From NCBI GenBank assembly GCA_028534125.1, contig CM052816.1, positions 74,836,001 through 74,900,000 on the forward strand: DNA of 64,000 nucleotides. The letters run 5' to 3'. The notes beneath the pieces are model-generated. The model was given only the letters and a program-made list of their open reading frames with translations, was not told where the DNA came from and searched no databases. The DNA is from Lama glama. Lineage: Eukaryota. The position numbers were made by a program, and so were the translations under genes. Shown here piece after piece: positions 51,126-64,000 of this stretch. The first letter of the stretch is position 1; each line of letters starts with the position of its first letter.

Positions 51126-51617
51126 AATTATTTAATTAATTCATGGAAAGGCAGAAGCAATTATCCTCATCTGTAATAAGACTCAAACATCTGTAACATG
51201 TAATCACTTGAAAAACATCAATGCTACACAGCTAGAGAGTAGGGTGCGGAGACCAGCCTGGCATGCTAAAGAAAAGTGAGGACAGCTCATTGAGGGAACT
51301 TAGAGCATATGAATCAGTTCACCAACAAGTGTTCCCCAAACTGTCATCTCAGCCTCTCCTATTAGGGGATGAATTTCTACAGCAACTGAGAGGAGAGTAA
51401 CAGAGAGCTGAGCTGAAGAAAGAACCAGTTCAAGACTGTCACTGAGCTTTGAGAGCAGTGGCTGCTAATGAGCTGTCTATTAAGGAACTGTACCAAAAGC
51501 AAGGGAAGAGACACGGACACCTTCAGGGATTGTTTGTAAGTCCCAATACCATGTCTGAAACTTTTATCTGCCAGGAATGTAAGCTGAAATCTTAGTTTTT
51601 CTGTTTCACCTTTGAAT

Positions 51618-52010
51618 CTGTCAGCATGTTATGCTTTGGTAACAAAGAACCACCAAACCCCAGCAGTCTAAAACGCAAAGGTTTCTTTCTTTCTCACGTC
51701 AATGTCCACCAGTTGGTGGATTTGCTCTGCGCCATCCTCACCCAAGACTTAAGCTAATGATGCATCTCCTGTTTGGGACATGTTGCTCACCCTGGCAGAC
51801 ACAGTGAGAACCCTCCAGAGGATCAGGCAGCAGCAAGTAAATGCTCCAGCTCAAAAATGACACCTGTCATTTCTGTATGTGACACACATTTTCCAAAGCT
51901 AGTCAGTGGCTCTACCAAACCACAAGGTGGCAGGCAGCACCATCCTACCCTGTGCCCAGAAGCTAGGGAGCCAGCACAAACTACCGCACAAACTACCACT
52001 CCAACAGTCT
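51618..52010. mobile_element. Old MLT1 (J/K-type) MaLR LTR
   Basis: TTATGCTTTGGTAACAAAG...CAGCAGTCTAAAACGCAAAGGTTTC...AAGCTAGTCAGTGGC...ATCCTACCCTGTGCCCAGAAG. Confidence 0.6.
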
Positions 52011-53469
52011 AACTTCTCAGGAGGTAGGTCTTGACAGATCACCAGAATCTTGTCAAGGATTATCTTCTTTTCAGTTGGGGATTAAAAAACAAAATCTTCC
52101 CTCATGTTAATCTTCCCTCATGTTAATTTATTAGTCTCATATTTGCCTTTAAAGAAATGAATTATGCTGTATATAGCCATTATGAAGGGTGAAAGAAGAC
52201 AGACACAAAGATGACATACTGCATGATAATATTCATGAAGTTTAAGAATAAGTAAACCTAATCAATGGTGATAGAATGCAGAGAGGTGGTTACTGGAGCT
52301 GCAATACTGACTGGGAAGAACATCTTCAAGGGGCTAAAAAAGTTCTGTCTCTGCATATACATGCATACATAGAAGGTGATCAAACTATACTCTTAAGATT
52401 GGGCTGTGAAATGTGTGTTAGACCTAAACAAAATTCTCATAGGTACAACCTGGGCATGAATGAAAGGCATGAAGAAATGAAAGATTCATTTAAATCCATC
52501 TCTTACTCTAACACATTGTTAAAAAAAAATCTATAACTCAGAGAAGAAAACTATTCACTCAGACTTCATGAAAAAGTGGAAACTGGAACACTTGGGATTT
52601 TCCATAAATTCCACAAGCAAGCCTTTTAAATGATTTCAAATCATCTCATCTTCAACATAGAGCTATATATAGTTGATACATTGAGTCAACTCTGAAGATA
52701 TGCTAATGTAATTGAAAAGGAGATGCTTCCTAGAACAGGCTAATGCAAAAAGCTAGCTTGTCAGGAACTCCTGTCAATAGACATGAAGTTTTAAACAAAA
52801 CTATTGATCCATAGGCAGAACTAAAAAGCACATGCTGGCGGGACATAAGGTAGTATGGTTCTATTTTTTAACTAGTGAATGGAAATTATGTTTAACAATT
52901 CTTCGTTATTACAGGAACCTTTATTCTATACAACACTATTGAATGAGGCCCTTGAAAATCCAGAATTTCATCTTGAATTGTCTTTGTAATTATTTAAGAA
53001 ACTAAGAACGATGTTTGGAGACCAATTCCTCCTGGAGAAATTCTGTTTATCGTACAATAATTTTATAAAGAAATGTATATTGTTCTAAATTAAATATATT
53101 GTGCATATGGACAAAACTTTAGTCATTTTGACACCCTGAATAAAACTAGCTGGTTTCTTCTGATCATTTAATAATTTACAAACAATGATCCATCTTGATG
53201 TTTCTCAAATTTGTTTAGATGGTAGTGATCTCATGGAGATCTTTTCAGAGTGTCATTATCTTTTGCACCACACTTTGAAATGTTGACATTTAATTCCCTT
53301 ACACAAATAAAAAACTACTTTCTTAGCCCCCCAAAAAGGTTTATATACACAAACACATTATAAAGTAACAATCATTAGCATACAACCTTCGAAAAGAAAA
53401 ATAAATTATCAAATAAATATAATGAACTGTTTCCAAGTGTCCCTATAAATATTCATTTTCTGCTTTAAA

Positions 53470-53615
53470 CAATAATAATACATAAATTAAATATATAATT
53501 CATATATGAATATATAAATATAATATACATTAATTATGAATTCATATTGATTACTATAATAAATAAATAATATGTTTATAAATTAGTATATAGTATAATA
53601 AATAATATTAAGTTA
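53470..53615. repeat. AT-rich low-complexity tract
   Basis: Almost only A/T, degenerate TA repeats. Confidence 0.85.
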
Positions 53616-54024
53616 AGTTAGGTAATTCAATAGCTAAAGGTCACTAATAGGCAAGAACCAGCTGTCACTAAAGCTTTTAATAAAATTTTAGGAAGGAAAA
53701 GTTTAACATAGGAAAAGTAAAAAAAATGAAATAAAATAGAAAGAGTCTATTGATTATAATTTTTTTTAAAAAAGTGAGAAAACGGATACTATTCAACTTT
53801 AGCCACAGAACATTTTGTTTCAGCTTAAGGAATGCTAGAATTTCAAGAGCACATAGCTTGCTTGACTTTACAGTCACTGATAAGAAATAGAAATCCTTTT
53901 TACTTTTATTATAACTGCTGGAGCTTCCTTACGTTTTGATTTTATTTCTGCTCCTTTACTGCAGGGGATGCAGGGGAGAATCAGAAAGTGTTTACAGATA
54001 AGGGCTATATCAAAAAATGTCATA

Positions 54025-55150
54025 GGATAATGATCTCCAACTTTTTTTCACTCCTGTACTACTAGAAAGAATTTTGGCAAATTGTGTAACTCTTTGAACA
54101 TTTTTAACTTAAAAACTATAATTTTTATCATAAGTTTAAATAATTGCAAACCATATAATTTCTGGTATATTTTAATATTGACATGTAATTAAAATTGTTT
54201 ATATTCTTTCTTCTAAATATATACAAAAGGAATAGACATCATTGTCCATTTTAATTATATGTTTGAATAGCTCTTCTTTAAAAACCAGAAATTTTATATC
54301 GCTTCCTTTTCTGCTTGAAACTTGTATTTCTATTCCACTTTCCTGATAGAATTCTACCTTAATCCAATCTATTGTTATATTTGAAATTCTTTTGGAAAAA
54401 AAAAAGAAACTATTTCGTTAATCAACCTGTCTTTATTTTCTGGCACAAAAAATCTGTATTAAATGAAAATGCTGTTTTTAAATTTATTAAGACCATAAAG
54501 CTGTGTTAAAATACTTCTTCTAGATTTAATTATTTCAATTACTAATAAACAATTAAACAATGATATAAATACTGATAATTAATGATTAGATATAGAAAAG
54601 TAAAATTTTATTGGAAATATAAACTAGTGGGTATGGTTGTTTTTTGCAATTGGTTCACTATGGATAAATATTATTTATTTCTAGGATAAGACAGGGTATT
54701 ACAGACATTCTATGCCTAGTCTTCATTTCTGATATATACAATTGCTGAGAACTGATGTAAGTGGGAATGGAAGGAGTTTTATGTACCAATGTCACTCAAT
54801 TCTTTGAACTCCTTCCAAGTTATATGGTAAAAATCACATACTGATTGTATTAGTAAACTGTCATACTCATGCATCATCAAAAGTTATTTTCAACAATCTA
54901 CTGATAGAGAATGTGCTCCTCAGCTTCATTGAAAGAGAAGAATTGGCCTGAATTGCAAAGGAATTTGTTACACAGAGCAATATACTTTTTCAGCTTCTGG
55001 AAAGTATGCCCAGATGGACTTATCAAGACTATAAAATGACCATTAATTGCATCTTTTGCTCTTTCACCTAGAAGCAACTTGTTTCAAATTGATACACTCA
55101 AAATGAGTTGGAAAAAAAAATTCAAAACTTTGCTAACTTCAGTACATCTT
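54025..55150 (-). mobile_element. hAT-Charlie DNA transposon relic with transposase C-terminus
   Basis: Minus strand, frameshifted: CDFYHITWKEFKELSDIG / KLLPFPLT / FSAIVYI / KTRHRMSVIPCLILEINNIYP, resembling the hAT dimerisation domain. Confidence 0.7.
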
Positions 55151-55509
55151 AGGCAATATAATTTTTAGTTGTTTATTTTTATTGTATCATGAATTTTACA
55201 TATATTTTTGTCAAAACATTGGCACTATAGATTTAAATTTTTTAAGTTGTAGAAAATGGCATATAACTTAAATTAGCACAGTCATCTTACTGCCTCTTTG
55301 CTTGACTGTTCAAAAACGTTCTTATAATTTGGGTTTTCTATCAGTATGTATTCTCTTTGGTAAACATGTACATATAGGTATAGAATATGGGGGGAGGGGA
55401 CAAAATTTATTGCATTATATTACAAAATTTATTGCATTTACATTACAAAATTTATTGAATTACATTATATGCAAGGTATTGTACTAAGAGATATGAACTA
55501 TTCCTTAAA

Positions 55510-55888
55510 TTTCATCTCATTCACCTCCTGCTAGTTTGTTGTGTTCCAGCCTGAAAGACCACATCACTGTTTCTTGAATATGCCAAGCAGATAACCCCCC
55601 TCTTCCTAGAATATTCCATCACCATTAAGAGATTTGCTCAAATATGTTTTATCTAATATAGTACCACACCACTCACTGTCTCCTTATTCTGTTTTATTTT
55701 TTTCTTTGAACTTATGTCTACTTGACATATCTTTACTGGCTTACAGCTTGACTCTACCTTCACCAGCATTTAAGATCCATTAGAGTAAACACTTTTGTTA
55801 TTCTTACTGTGTTCCCAGCACCTAGGCCAGTGCTTGACACATAGTAGGATGTCAATAGATATTCCATGCTAAGTAAAGAATGAATGGG
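55510..55888 (+). mobile_element. L2 3' fragment
   Basis: CTGTGTTCCCAGCACCTAGGCCAGTGCTTGACACATAGTAGG...GAATGAATG. Confidence 0.75.
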
Positions 55889-58800
55889 AGTCTCACTGAT
55901 CTCAATTAACAGTAAAATATTAAAAGAAAAAAGGGTAAACTAGCGCAGGATTACTAACAGAAATAGTCTCTCTTGCAAAGTATGGCCACTTGAAAATTTG
56001 CTACCCAATAGTGACTCATTTCCTAAAACAAAGGAATCTTTAACACCAAAATCCATTAAAAATTCATTACATCAGAAACAAATGAGTGTATTTAACTGTT
56101 CTAGAAATTCACTAGATTTTCTTATTTTATACTAGTGGAAATTTAAGCAAGGAAATCATTACTCCAAACATATTGGCTGTCAACACTTATCTGGGTCATG
56201 CCAGAATGCTATCTTATTCTCACTTAATCTTGAGAAACGATATGATAAACGGCCTCAGCTGAGGCACTAGTAGTTGATAACTGGATAAAAACGCTAAAAT
56301 ATATTTGAAAGAAAAAAAAAAACAACGTTCAGTGATTGATTGATGATGAAATTGGAAACTAACTAGTGGCCTTCTAGAAAAAATTTCTAACCTAAAGGAA
56401 AGGAGTATATTCTGTCAATGGATTTTTGGGCTTAGAAACTGAATCATGAGACGGAAATTATTTTTCATATCATCCTTCAAACTGCCTTCACAAAAAGAGT
56501 GAGTGTCCACAGATGGGCAAGTCTGAATGGAACTTACTAGTTAATTACTGCCTCATCCCCACCCTATCTCATTGGGTGTTTCCATTTACATGTAATAACC
56601 TAAGACGTGCCATTTCATGCTTTGCCTCCTTGCCTTTTCTGTTTGTTTGTTTTCAGCCTTGTGCCGTATGGTTCATTTATTCTTTGATATCTTTTGGCTC
56701 AAGTAACTTGGAAGGTAAATATGCTGTTTTATTTGTAAATCTTACAATGAAACCATTAGTCTCTATCAGTGTCAAAAATGAAACAGCCATTATTTGCTCT
56801 TTTAATGATAGACAAAATAATTAGCATATCTGTACCTTCCTGAACACTCATATCCTATCTTTGGTGTTGTTTTGCTCTTTGTTTATAATCTGGAATGTTT
56901 TTATTGTAATCCAGGATTATTTTCAAATGTATCATCAATTTCAAAAAGTATGTTTCATTTTATAAACACACAACAGTTGTTTACACTTTGTTTATTTAAA
57001 TGGGTCTTAGTGCTCAACATCAGTCCTTTCCTTTCATGATATAGATAATGAGTTTTTATTTTTATGTCTCTCTTGATTGACTGAGTTTGCCTTCAAATAA
57101 TACTTATGGTTAGGGGCTCCTAGGAGAATGTTCCCTGCCTTGTCTCTGCTCATCATTACCACTAACTAACTCTAACCCCTCAAAATTAGGAGGTCTTAAA
57201 GCATTTCCTCATTTCCTGCAAAGGCTTTAACACCTCGCTACTTTCTTAGGAGGTTTGGGAGTCTTTGGTGGCTTCTTTAATCTGGTCTTCTCTGTGCTCT
57301 ATCTACTAGAAATCCACTGACGTTACATTCATGGCATATCATTGTTACTACTCCTTACTCTTGTCATTCATTTATTATTTCAGTAAGTTTTGGGGAAAGA
57401 ACAGCTTTTGGGAAAATTAAGATTTGATCACATCTCTACTTTGCTTCAAATATCCTAGCTAACTCCTCACTTATAAAGTAACATTCAAATTGCACAGGAA
57501 AAAGATCCTTCCTTCTCTGGCCCAGACTACCTGAATCTTGTCCCTGAGCAAGTGCCACATTCACCTCACCCTAATCCTGGCCCTGCTTCTCTGTATAGAT
57601 AAAAACAGAGCAAGACTTTTTGTTCTTAAACTAGTTTAGTCAGAGTCCAAATTTAAAACCATCCCTTATTTTACTTTTTTGGTTTTGGTTTGGTATTTTA
57701 TTTAGGGCTAAAAGTCTGAATGAAAAATCAACTCAAAGCAAGTAAACACATCAGTAGCCACCAAACATGGAAACATGTAATGTAAATAAACACAGGACAA
57801 TTATCTATGAAATAGCTGTCTTTGTATTTTGACAAATATCAAGGGAACAAGCATCCTAAGCAAAGCCATTTATATAGCGAGCCAACAAACACCTTGGAAA
57901 AAACTCACCAGTGCTTTTGGCTAAGAGTATTACTTCTCAAATGTTAATAAACATGCAGAACTATCCAAGCCGACCAAGAATATCATTCACTAGAAGTCAT
58001 CAGGGATCTCTCAGCAACTCCTTGGTCACTCACAACTGTTTGACTATGTTGAATGCCAGGTCAAATATTTTTCTAGCTCAAAAATCTAATGAAGAACATC
58101 TTTTTATAGTTTATTCTTAATTCTCCTCTGGATATTGCTTATTTTAAGCAGTCTTATGAGTTCCTATATCATTCATACATAGAATAACTGTTAAACCTAA
58201 ATTAAATTTCTCAAAACATTATTGTGTCTAATGAGGTCAGCTTTTCTGATCTGTGTTAGGCTTTCTCCCAAACTAACTTCAAATTACACTCAACCTGCTA
58301 GGCACATTAGATTATGAGTTGCTTCACAGCAAACAATAGATATGTGTATTTGGTCTAATTAACTAGGATAAAAGTACTGCAGTACTTTGAGATATTTGCT
58401 GTAGATTTCTGAAAATATGTATAGAAATTGTCCTGCACATACACACACAAGCTGTTTAATTGAAGCAATCTGTGGGTTCTTTAAAATTTGGGCAAATAAA
58501 TCAAGAAAATGTAAGATAATATATTCTCTTTTGGGCAGTAGTGAATCAAGATCATTTCCATTAGCTAGTTCATGCTAATCATTTGAAATAGCTATCATTA
58601 GCAGTGAACTGAATGTTTCTGTCTATAATTAATCTAAGCTTTTGATACTAAGTGCAGTAAAACGACTGGATTTGCATTTATACAACCTTAGCCTTTTCCA
58701 TTTAAAAGGCATGTTAACAAAAATTATTAGACACTTTTACCAAAAGATGGAATTGAGTTACTACTAATTTTATGTGCACACTTCTGTCAAGTATAAAAGA

Positions 58801-59239
58801 AGTGGTCAGCCTTCATTGCTAGCTAATTTAACATAGTCATTGGATGACAAATGCCCTTTTTATTAGAATCTGAGACTGTTTTTTAAAAAATTCATTAGCT
58901 GCCAGAGTCCTGCTATTAAAGTGTTAGAAATTAGATTACTGCTTTAAAAATATGAAAAATTGGTTTTTCAGATAAAAAGCTCTGATGATAGTATCCCTAG
59001 CATTATAGTTCTTAAAATGCTTTTAAATTTCTAGGCGTGTTTAAACATATTTTGTCTTTGGAACATTTTTTGAGAGCAAGATTTTTGGGGAGGGGCCAGA
59101 GTCTCATAATTTCTATTGCCTCCTTCAGGGGAGGAGATGACTTTTATTAGATAGAGCAAATACTGTTTGAGACTCACCAACATTAGCCAATTTTAACAAT
59201 GGGGAGAAGAAATTAATTCTTCTCCTCCTTCCCTCAGTG

Positions 59240-59893
59240 AACCTCTCCTCCACCCTCCTCTGCTTGTTTCCTAAGGTCTCCCCAGCCTCTTAAATTATCT
59301 CAGGACAGCCTCGGTCTTCTTTAGCTCCAGTCACTCTCTTGGCGATTTCATTCAGACTTGAGGTTTGATCCACTCTCTCTATGCTAATGCTCCCAAATTC
59401 TTATCTAAAGTCCAGAACTTGCTCCCAAACTCCAGACTCATTTATCCAGCTGCTGCTTTGACATCTCTACATGAATGTCCAATAGCATGCCAAAGTCAGC
59501 ATGTCCAAAACTTAATTCCTTCTCTTCCTCCATGGAAGCCTTTGCTCTAGCTGATCCCTCTGCTGGAACACCCCTCCCCTACCCCAGAGAGCTTCTTGGC
59601 TAACCTCTTCACCTCCTACAGCCTTTGCTTAATATTTATCTTCTTAATGTGTCCCACCCTGACTGTCTTATTTAATACTGCCTGATCCTTTCTCTGATCT
59701 TAGACACCCTGATCCTCCCTACTCTGCTCTACTTTTTTTGCCCACAGCATTTTAATCTACTATTTGGTTTCCTTATTTATTTTACATACCTCCACTGAGA
59801 TATAAGACCCTTGAGAGTCATGGTAGAAACACACACGTAACAGTGCCTGGCACACAGTAGTTGCTCAGTAATCATTTATTGAATGAATGAATG
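59240..59893 (+). mobile_element. L2 3' region
   Basis: AACTCCAGACTCATTTATCCAGCTG...CAGTGCCTGGCACACAGTAGTTGCTCAGTAATCATTTATTGAATGAATGAATG. Confidence 0.8.
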
Positions 59894-60303
59894 GCAATAA
59901 ACAAGCACCTCCCTCAATCCCTAGTGCATAGAGTTACTCATGTACAAATTTATAACCTATCTGTCTCATTGCCACTCCACACTGCACCATCTTTTCCTGT
60001 CTGCACACCTCATTCTGTCATTTAGCGACTTCCCTTCCTCTCTCCTCTCTTCCCTTCCCTTGTGAAGTGCCCAGTACTCTCTTGCTGTCCCTTGGCTTCC
60101 AATAAGGAAACTCTGCTATGAAAAGCAAAATAACAGAGGTGAAGAGCCATGTTTGAATCTCTGTTTCTCTAATTACCTTTGTTCTCATTACTATTGTGAA
60201 GAAAATCCAGAAAACGCCATCTGGATGTTAAATGAGATCAGCAAAACTATGTCTCCAACTTGTCCAGACTTAATTGTATAAAGAAACTTGAAAATAAAGG
60301 TTA

Positions 60304-60352
60304 GTGTGTGTGTGTCTGTGTGTGTGTGTGTGTGTGTGTCTGTATGTGTATG
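60304..60352. repeat. Interrupted (TG)n microsatellite
   Basis: TG repeats with TC/TA interruptions. Confidence 0.9.
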
Positions 60353-61483
60353 ACAACACACAATGTTATCATACAGGAATAACAGATTATTCACTGTGAG
60401 TATATCCTAACAAGTTCTTGGAGTTACAGAAATGTAGTCATTTGGATTTTATAATCTAGGATGCTATGATTTTACAATGTTGGATTTCCCAAGTCAATCA
60501 GAGTTTGACAGGTATAGATACTGTGAATTAAGATATTGCAGAATGGAGCAATTTTGTCAGTTAAGAACATTATCACACAACATGCTGGATCTAAGGCATC
60601 TCTTAAATAAAACCTCAACTTGTGTCCCATTTCATGCTACAATATAAATAAGAGTTTCTGTGTTGCTGTCTTATCCCCTCCTCAGCCAGAGCTAGGAAGG
60701 TCGCAAGTTCAAATGCCATTCTAGATCTACACTGAATTCAGGTGTTTATTGGCTGAAATTATTTCTGAGTGGTCAAAGTTTTCCCATTATTTTGTAAAAT
60801 CTAAAGAAAAATCAATCACTCCAGAAATAGGGAGCTACTAGACAACATGAGGCTTTTGTTTGTTTTCCCTGGTGTATCATCACACAGATGGTGTATCATC
60901 ACACAGATGGTGTGATGCCAATGAGGTGGGAGTAGAACAGAGGTTAGTAAAGGTCCTGGTTAGACATGTCCTCTTGGCCCCATGGAATTCTTACTTGTAT
61001 TGAGGGACCCAGAAATAAGAGGGCCAAGGTAGGTCTTTTAAAGTATGAGGCCTCAGGATGCCCTAGGCTGAGAACAACACTGCCTGCACAACCTACATAA
61101 TATGAAGTTAGTACAACCCTGGATTGCTTTGCCACTATGAACAAGTATAATCACAGAGCCGTGAAAGTCGACAACAGGTCCAAAAATATTCACTCACTAA
61201 TTGCTTTACTATGTTTTCCACCTGCTGCCAATATGCATTCATCTGATAGTCAGGCCCACTGACTAGAAAAACCTTAAGCCAGGGCAAGAGTTCATCAGCA
61301 GAGATCATAACGGTACTTAATGTGGTATCTATTTCTACTCTTTCCTCATCTTCCTTCACCTCCCACCATCTTAGATCCACATATCTTAGGTAAATACCTC
61401 TGATTAGTTACAGATATCCTCACATACCAATTCTCATGGTATTTTCCAAAAGTACCTCTTAGAAAATCTAAAGAAAAACTCAC

Positions 61484-61510
61484 CTTTAACTTCTTCATAC
61501 ATTAAAATTG
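61484..61510 (-). other. Candidate 27-nt microexon (unverified)
   Basis: Minus strand TTGCTTATTGCTTTTAG|CAATTTTAATGTATGAAGAAGTTAAAG|GTGAGT; one open frame (phase 1-1, ILMYEEVK). Confidence 0.25.
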
Positions 61511-61879
61511 CTAAAAGCAATAAGCAATCAATTTCACATTTGTATATGGAATTATTCAACTGTTCATTCTGAGAAAAGCATAAAAATTAAAACTGAGAGT
61601 TTATCACTTTGCTTCTTTTTTCTTTAATAATTCATTATTCTGTGGCATATGTAATAATTAACCTGACAATCTCATTCTTACATCTTGTCCTTTGGGAGTC
61701 GAGATTGTTTGTGAACTTTCATCTTTGAGAAACTGACTGTCATACTTTTCTCCTTTGCTGAGAGGTAAGTTCCTCTTAAAACAGAACTTGAAGAGATAAA
61801 AGTTTTGCTTTGGGAAACTTGGAAATATGGAAGTCAGTTGAGTGACAGAGAGAACAAAGAAATCAGAAGAACACTAGTC

Positions 61880-62110
61880 TTCATTCATTGAACAAATACA
61901 TATTTTTTACTATGTTCCAGGTTCTCATCTAAATATTGGAGACAAAGCAGTAAACAAAGGAGACCAAAAAACCTGCACTTATACTATAGTGGGAGAAACT
62001 GACAATGAAAACACACACAAACACACACACACGGTGAGTCATTTAGAATGTAAAATGTGTACGGGTAATGGAGAAAAACAAAACAGAGACAGGAACAGAG
62101 AGTATAATTG
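61880..62110 (-). mobile_element. L2 3' fragment
   Basis: TTCATTCATTGAACAAATA...TACTATGTTCCAGG...GGAGACAAAGCAGTAAACAA. Confidence 0.65.
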
Positions 62111-62769
62111 GAGAATATTTTACCTTAGGGAGGTGTATTAGTTTTCTAATGCTGCATAACAAATTATCACAATCATAGGAGCTTGAAACAATGTCCATCA
62201 TCCAAAAGACAAGCAAAGAAAACATGAAATGGTATCATTATACCAAAGAGGACTTGATTATTTCATAGATCTGGCTCTTGCCCCAAAGCCTCCATTTAGA
62301 TTTATTTGTTATATGGCATTGTTTCAGTTCATTCTACCACACAGATGACAAATATTTGTCAAGTTCTTATGATATGCCTATTATTAAGGAGAACTTTGAG
62401 ATAGACAAGTATAATATAGGTCCTCTCTCCTCAGTGAGTTTATAAATTAATTGGTGAGACACACACAAATTAAAGAACAAGTTGTAATTCAAGAAGTATG
62501 ATAAGGCAATATTGGATTAAATGTCCATTTAATGGCACAAAAAATAAATGCCAAGAGTTCAAAGGAAGGTGGTATAGGCTGTCAGTGAAGAATGAGGGAG
62601 AAAGGACTTGGGACATAAGCAATTAATAGAATTTAGATAGGTAGATTGTGGAGTTTTTCAATAAATTTGAGGAACAAGTAAGGTCACAACATAGGCCAAA
62701 GAATGCATGTACATATTCAGATGAACCTGATTGAAAAAAAGGGTTTGTGTGTGTAGCACAGCAGCATTT

Positions 62770-63290
62770 GTTACAATTGTTTTTACCGCAAAGAATACTC
62801 AACTCAGCTGGCGGACTGATGAATTCTTTAAACTACAAACTCAGCGGTAAAATTTGCTTCTTCAAACATGATTTCAGGACCACAAGCTGTTATTATTATT
62901 TCAGGTCTTTCTATCATTCTCCATCCTTCTACTTTTCTCTTTCTGGTGGTCTGACTTCAATCTGCAAACTGGCTCTCTGTGCCTGATGGCAAAAACAGCC
63001 ACTAACATTACCGCATTCATATATACTTAACTTAGAAAGTGTATGGGGGAAAAAAGTACTTCTTTCTCACAGCACCTGAATGTCAAATCAGAGAAGAATG
63101 ATTGGCTTAACCCAGATCATGTACTTAAATGAACTAACTACTGCAGCCAGAGGAATGAGACTATTACAATTTCCTCAGCCCTCAGTGTGTGCCAACATCT
63201 TGTGATGGTTGTGAGGAAGAGGTGCACTGGAATTGGAAGAGGGTATTTCTCAAAAGTAACAGAAGTGCTATACAGGCAAAAACTAGCAGA
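62770..63290. mobile_element. Old MLT1-type LTR relic
   Basis: TGATTGGCTTAACCCAGATCATGT...ACTACTGCAGCCAGAGGAATG resembles old MaLR LTRs. Confidence 0.4.
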
Positions 63291-64000
63291 TTCCCTTATA
63301 GTAACATCTCAATCTTTTCCTTGGGTTTGTCAGAGCAAAATGTTTGAGAGGTATACTATATTTCTATACTATACACACCATCTTTAAGCTACGAAACTCA
63401 ATCCTCATATGACAGAATGATTTCTGAAGTCTGAAAAGTTTCTTAAGACATCCAGCCATGTAGTTCTAGAAGGTGAGCATACTCTCTCCTCCTCTCACCA
63501 CAGCCCCAAATCACTATTATAGGGGAATAAAGCTGGGAAGACAGACAAATTTAGACAATGGATCTGAAAGTACAGATAAGGATATCATTGGATATCATTG
63601 TGGAAACTGACATTTATATTTTATTTTTTAAAAATCCTGTATTTGTTTTTAATTATCTACTTGCAAAATATTCTGAGTCTTTCTTACTTTCTTATGGACT
63701 TCTTATGGAGAAACTAAAACTAGAACATCCAAGTAACCTGTGCTTCTGTCTCCTCCCTCATCCACACATTACCATACCTTTCACATTTTAGCTATCCTAA
63801 ACCTATGACCCAAAACATTCTGGGGGTTGAAAGAAGACTGTGTGGTTTTATTCTCCAACTGTCCCACCATACTATTCTATGTGGGTAAGCAAAACAGTCT
63901 GACCTCACTGAAGAATGTTAAAGGATGTGACTAATCATATCTGTAAAATTTGCTGTCAGGGACAACCATAGGAGGTACTAATGAAGAATTATGAAAAACA

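Noticed and set aside
60177..60306. Minus-strand exon-like segment with CACTAAC branch motif and AAG|GTAATT donor
   Set aside because: The AAG acceptors are weak and all three frames have stops; the shorter 44-nt version has a poor pyrimidine tract; the branch motif is partly made by the TG microsatellite
1..64000. CRISPR arrays, operons, prokaryotic defence or other novel multi-gene systems
   Set aside because: The sequence is mammalian non-coding DNA, with no regularly spaced repeat-spacer array and no intact long ORFs

Overview
This is AT-rich, CpG-depleted mammalian nuclear DNA, intergenic or deep intronic, with a 500-N assembly gap at 47916-48415. A tRNA-derived SINE at 43.9 kb and the L1 3'UTR types point to a camelid (alpaca or camel). 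I can support no protein-coding gene: the longer ORFs are L1 ORF2 relics, simple repeats, gap read-throughs or chance. Roughly half the window is recognisable transposon debris: young and old L1, L2, MIR, MaLR/MLT2/MER21 LTRs, an ERVL internal region with an LTR16-like LTR, a CpG-rich ERV solo LTR, and Tigger/hAT-Charlie DNA transposons. Family names come from recalled consensus similarity and most boundaries are approximate. I found no convincing new biological system. The best leads are (i) a solo LTR with an intact CCAAT/TATA promoter and a duplicated, structure-preserving R-region hairpin module, (ii) a perfect 36-bp palindrome, (iii) a candidate 27-nt minus-strand microexon, (iv) two twin-primed 5'-inverted L1 insertions, and (v) several enhancer-like unique stretches.
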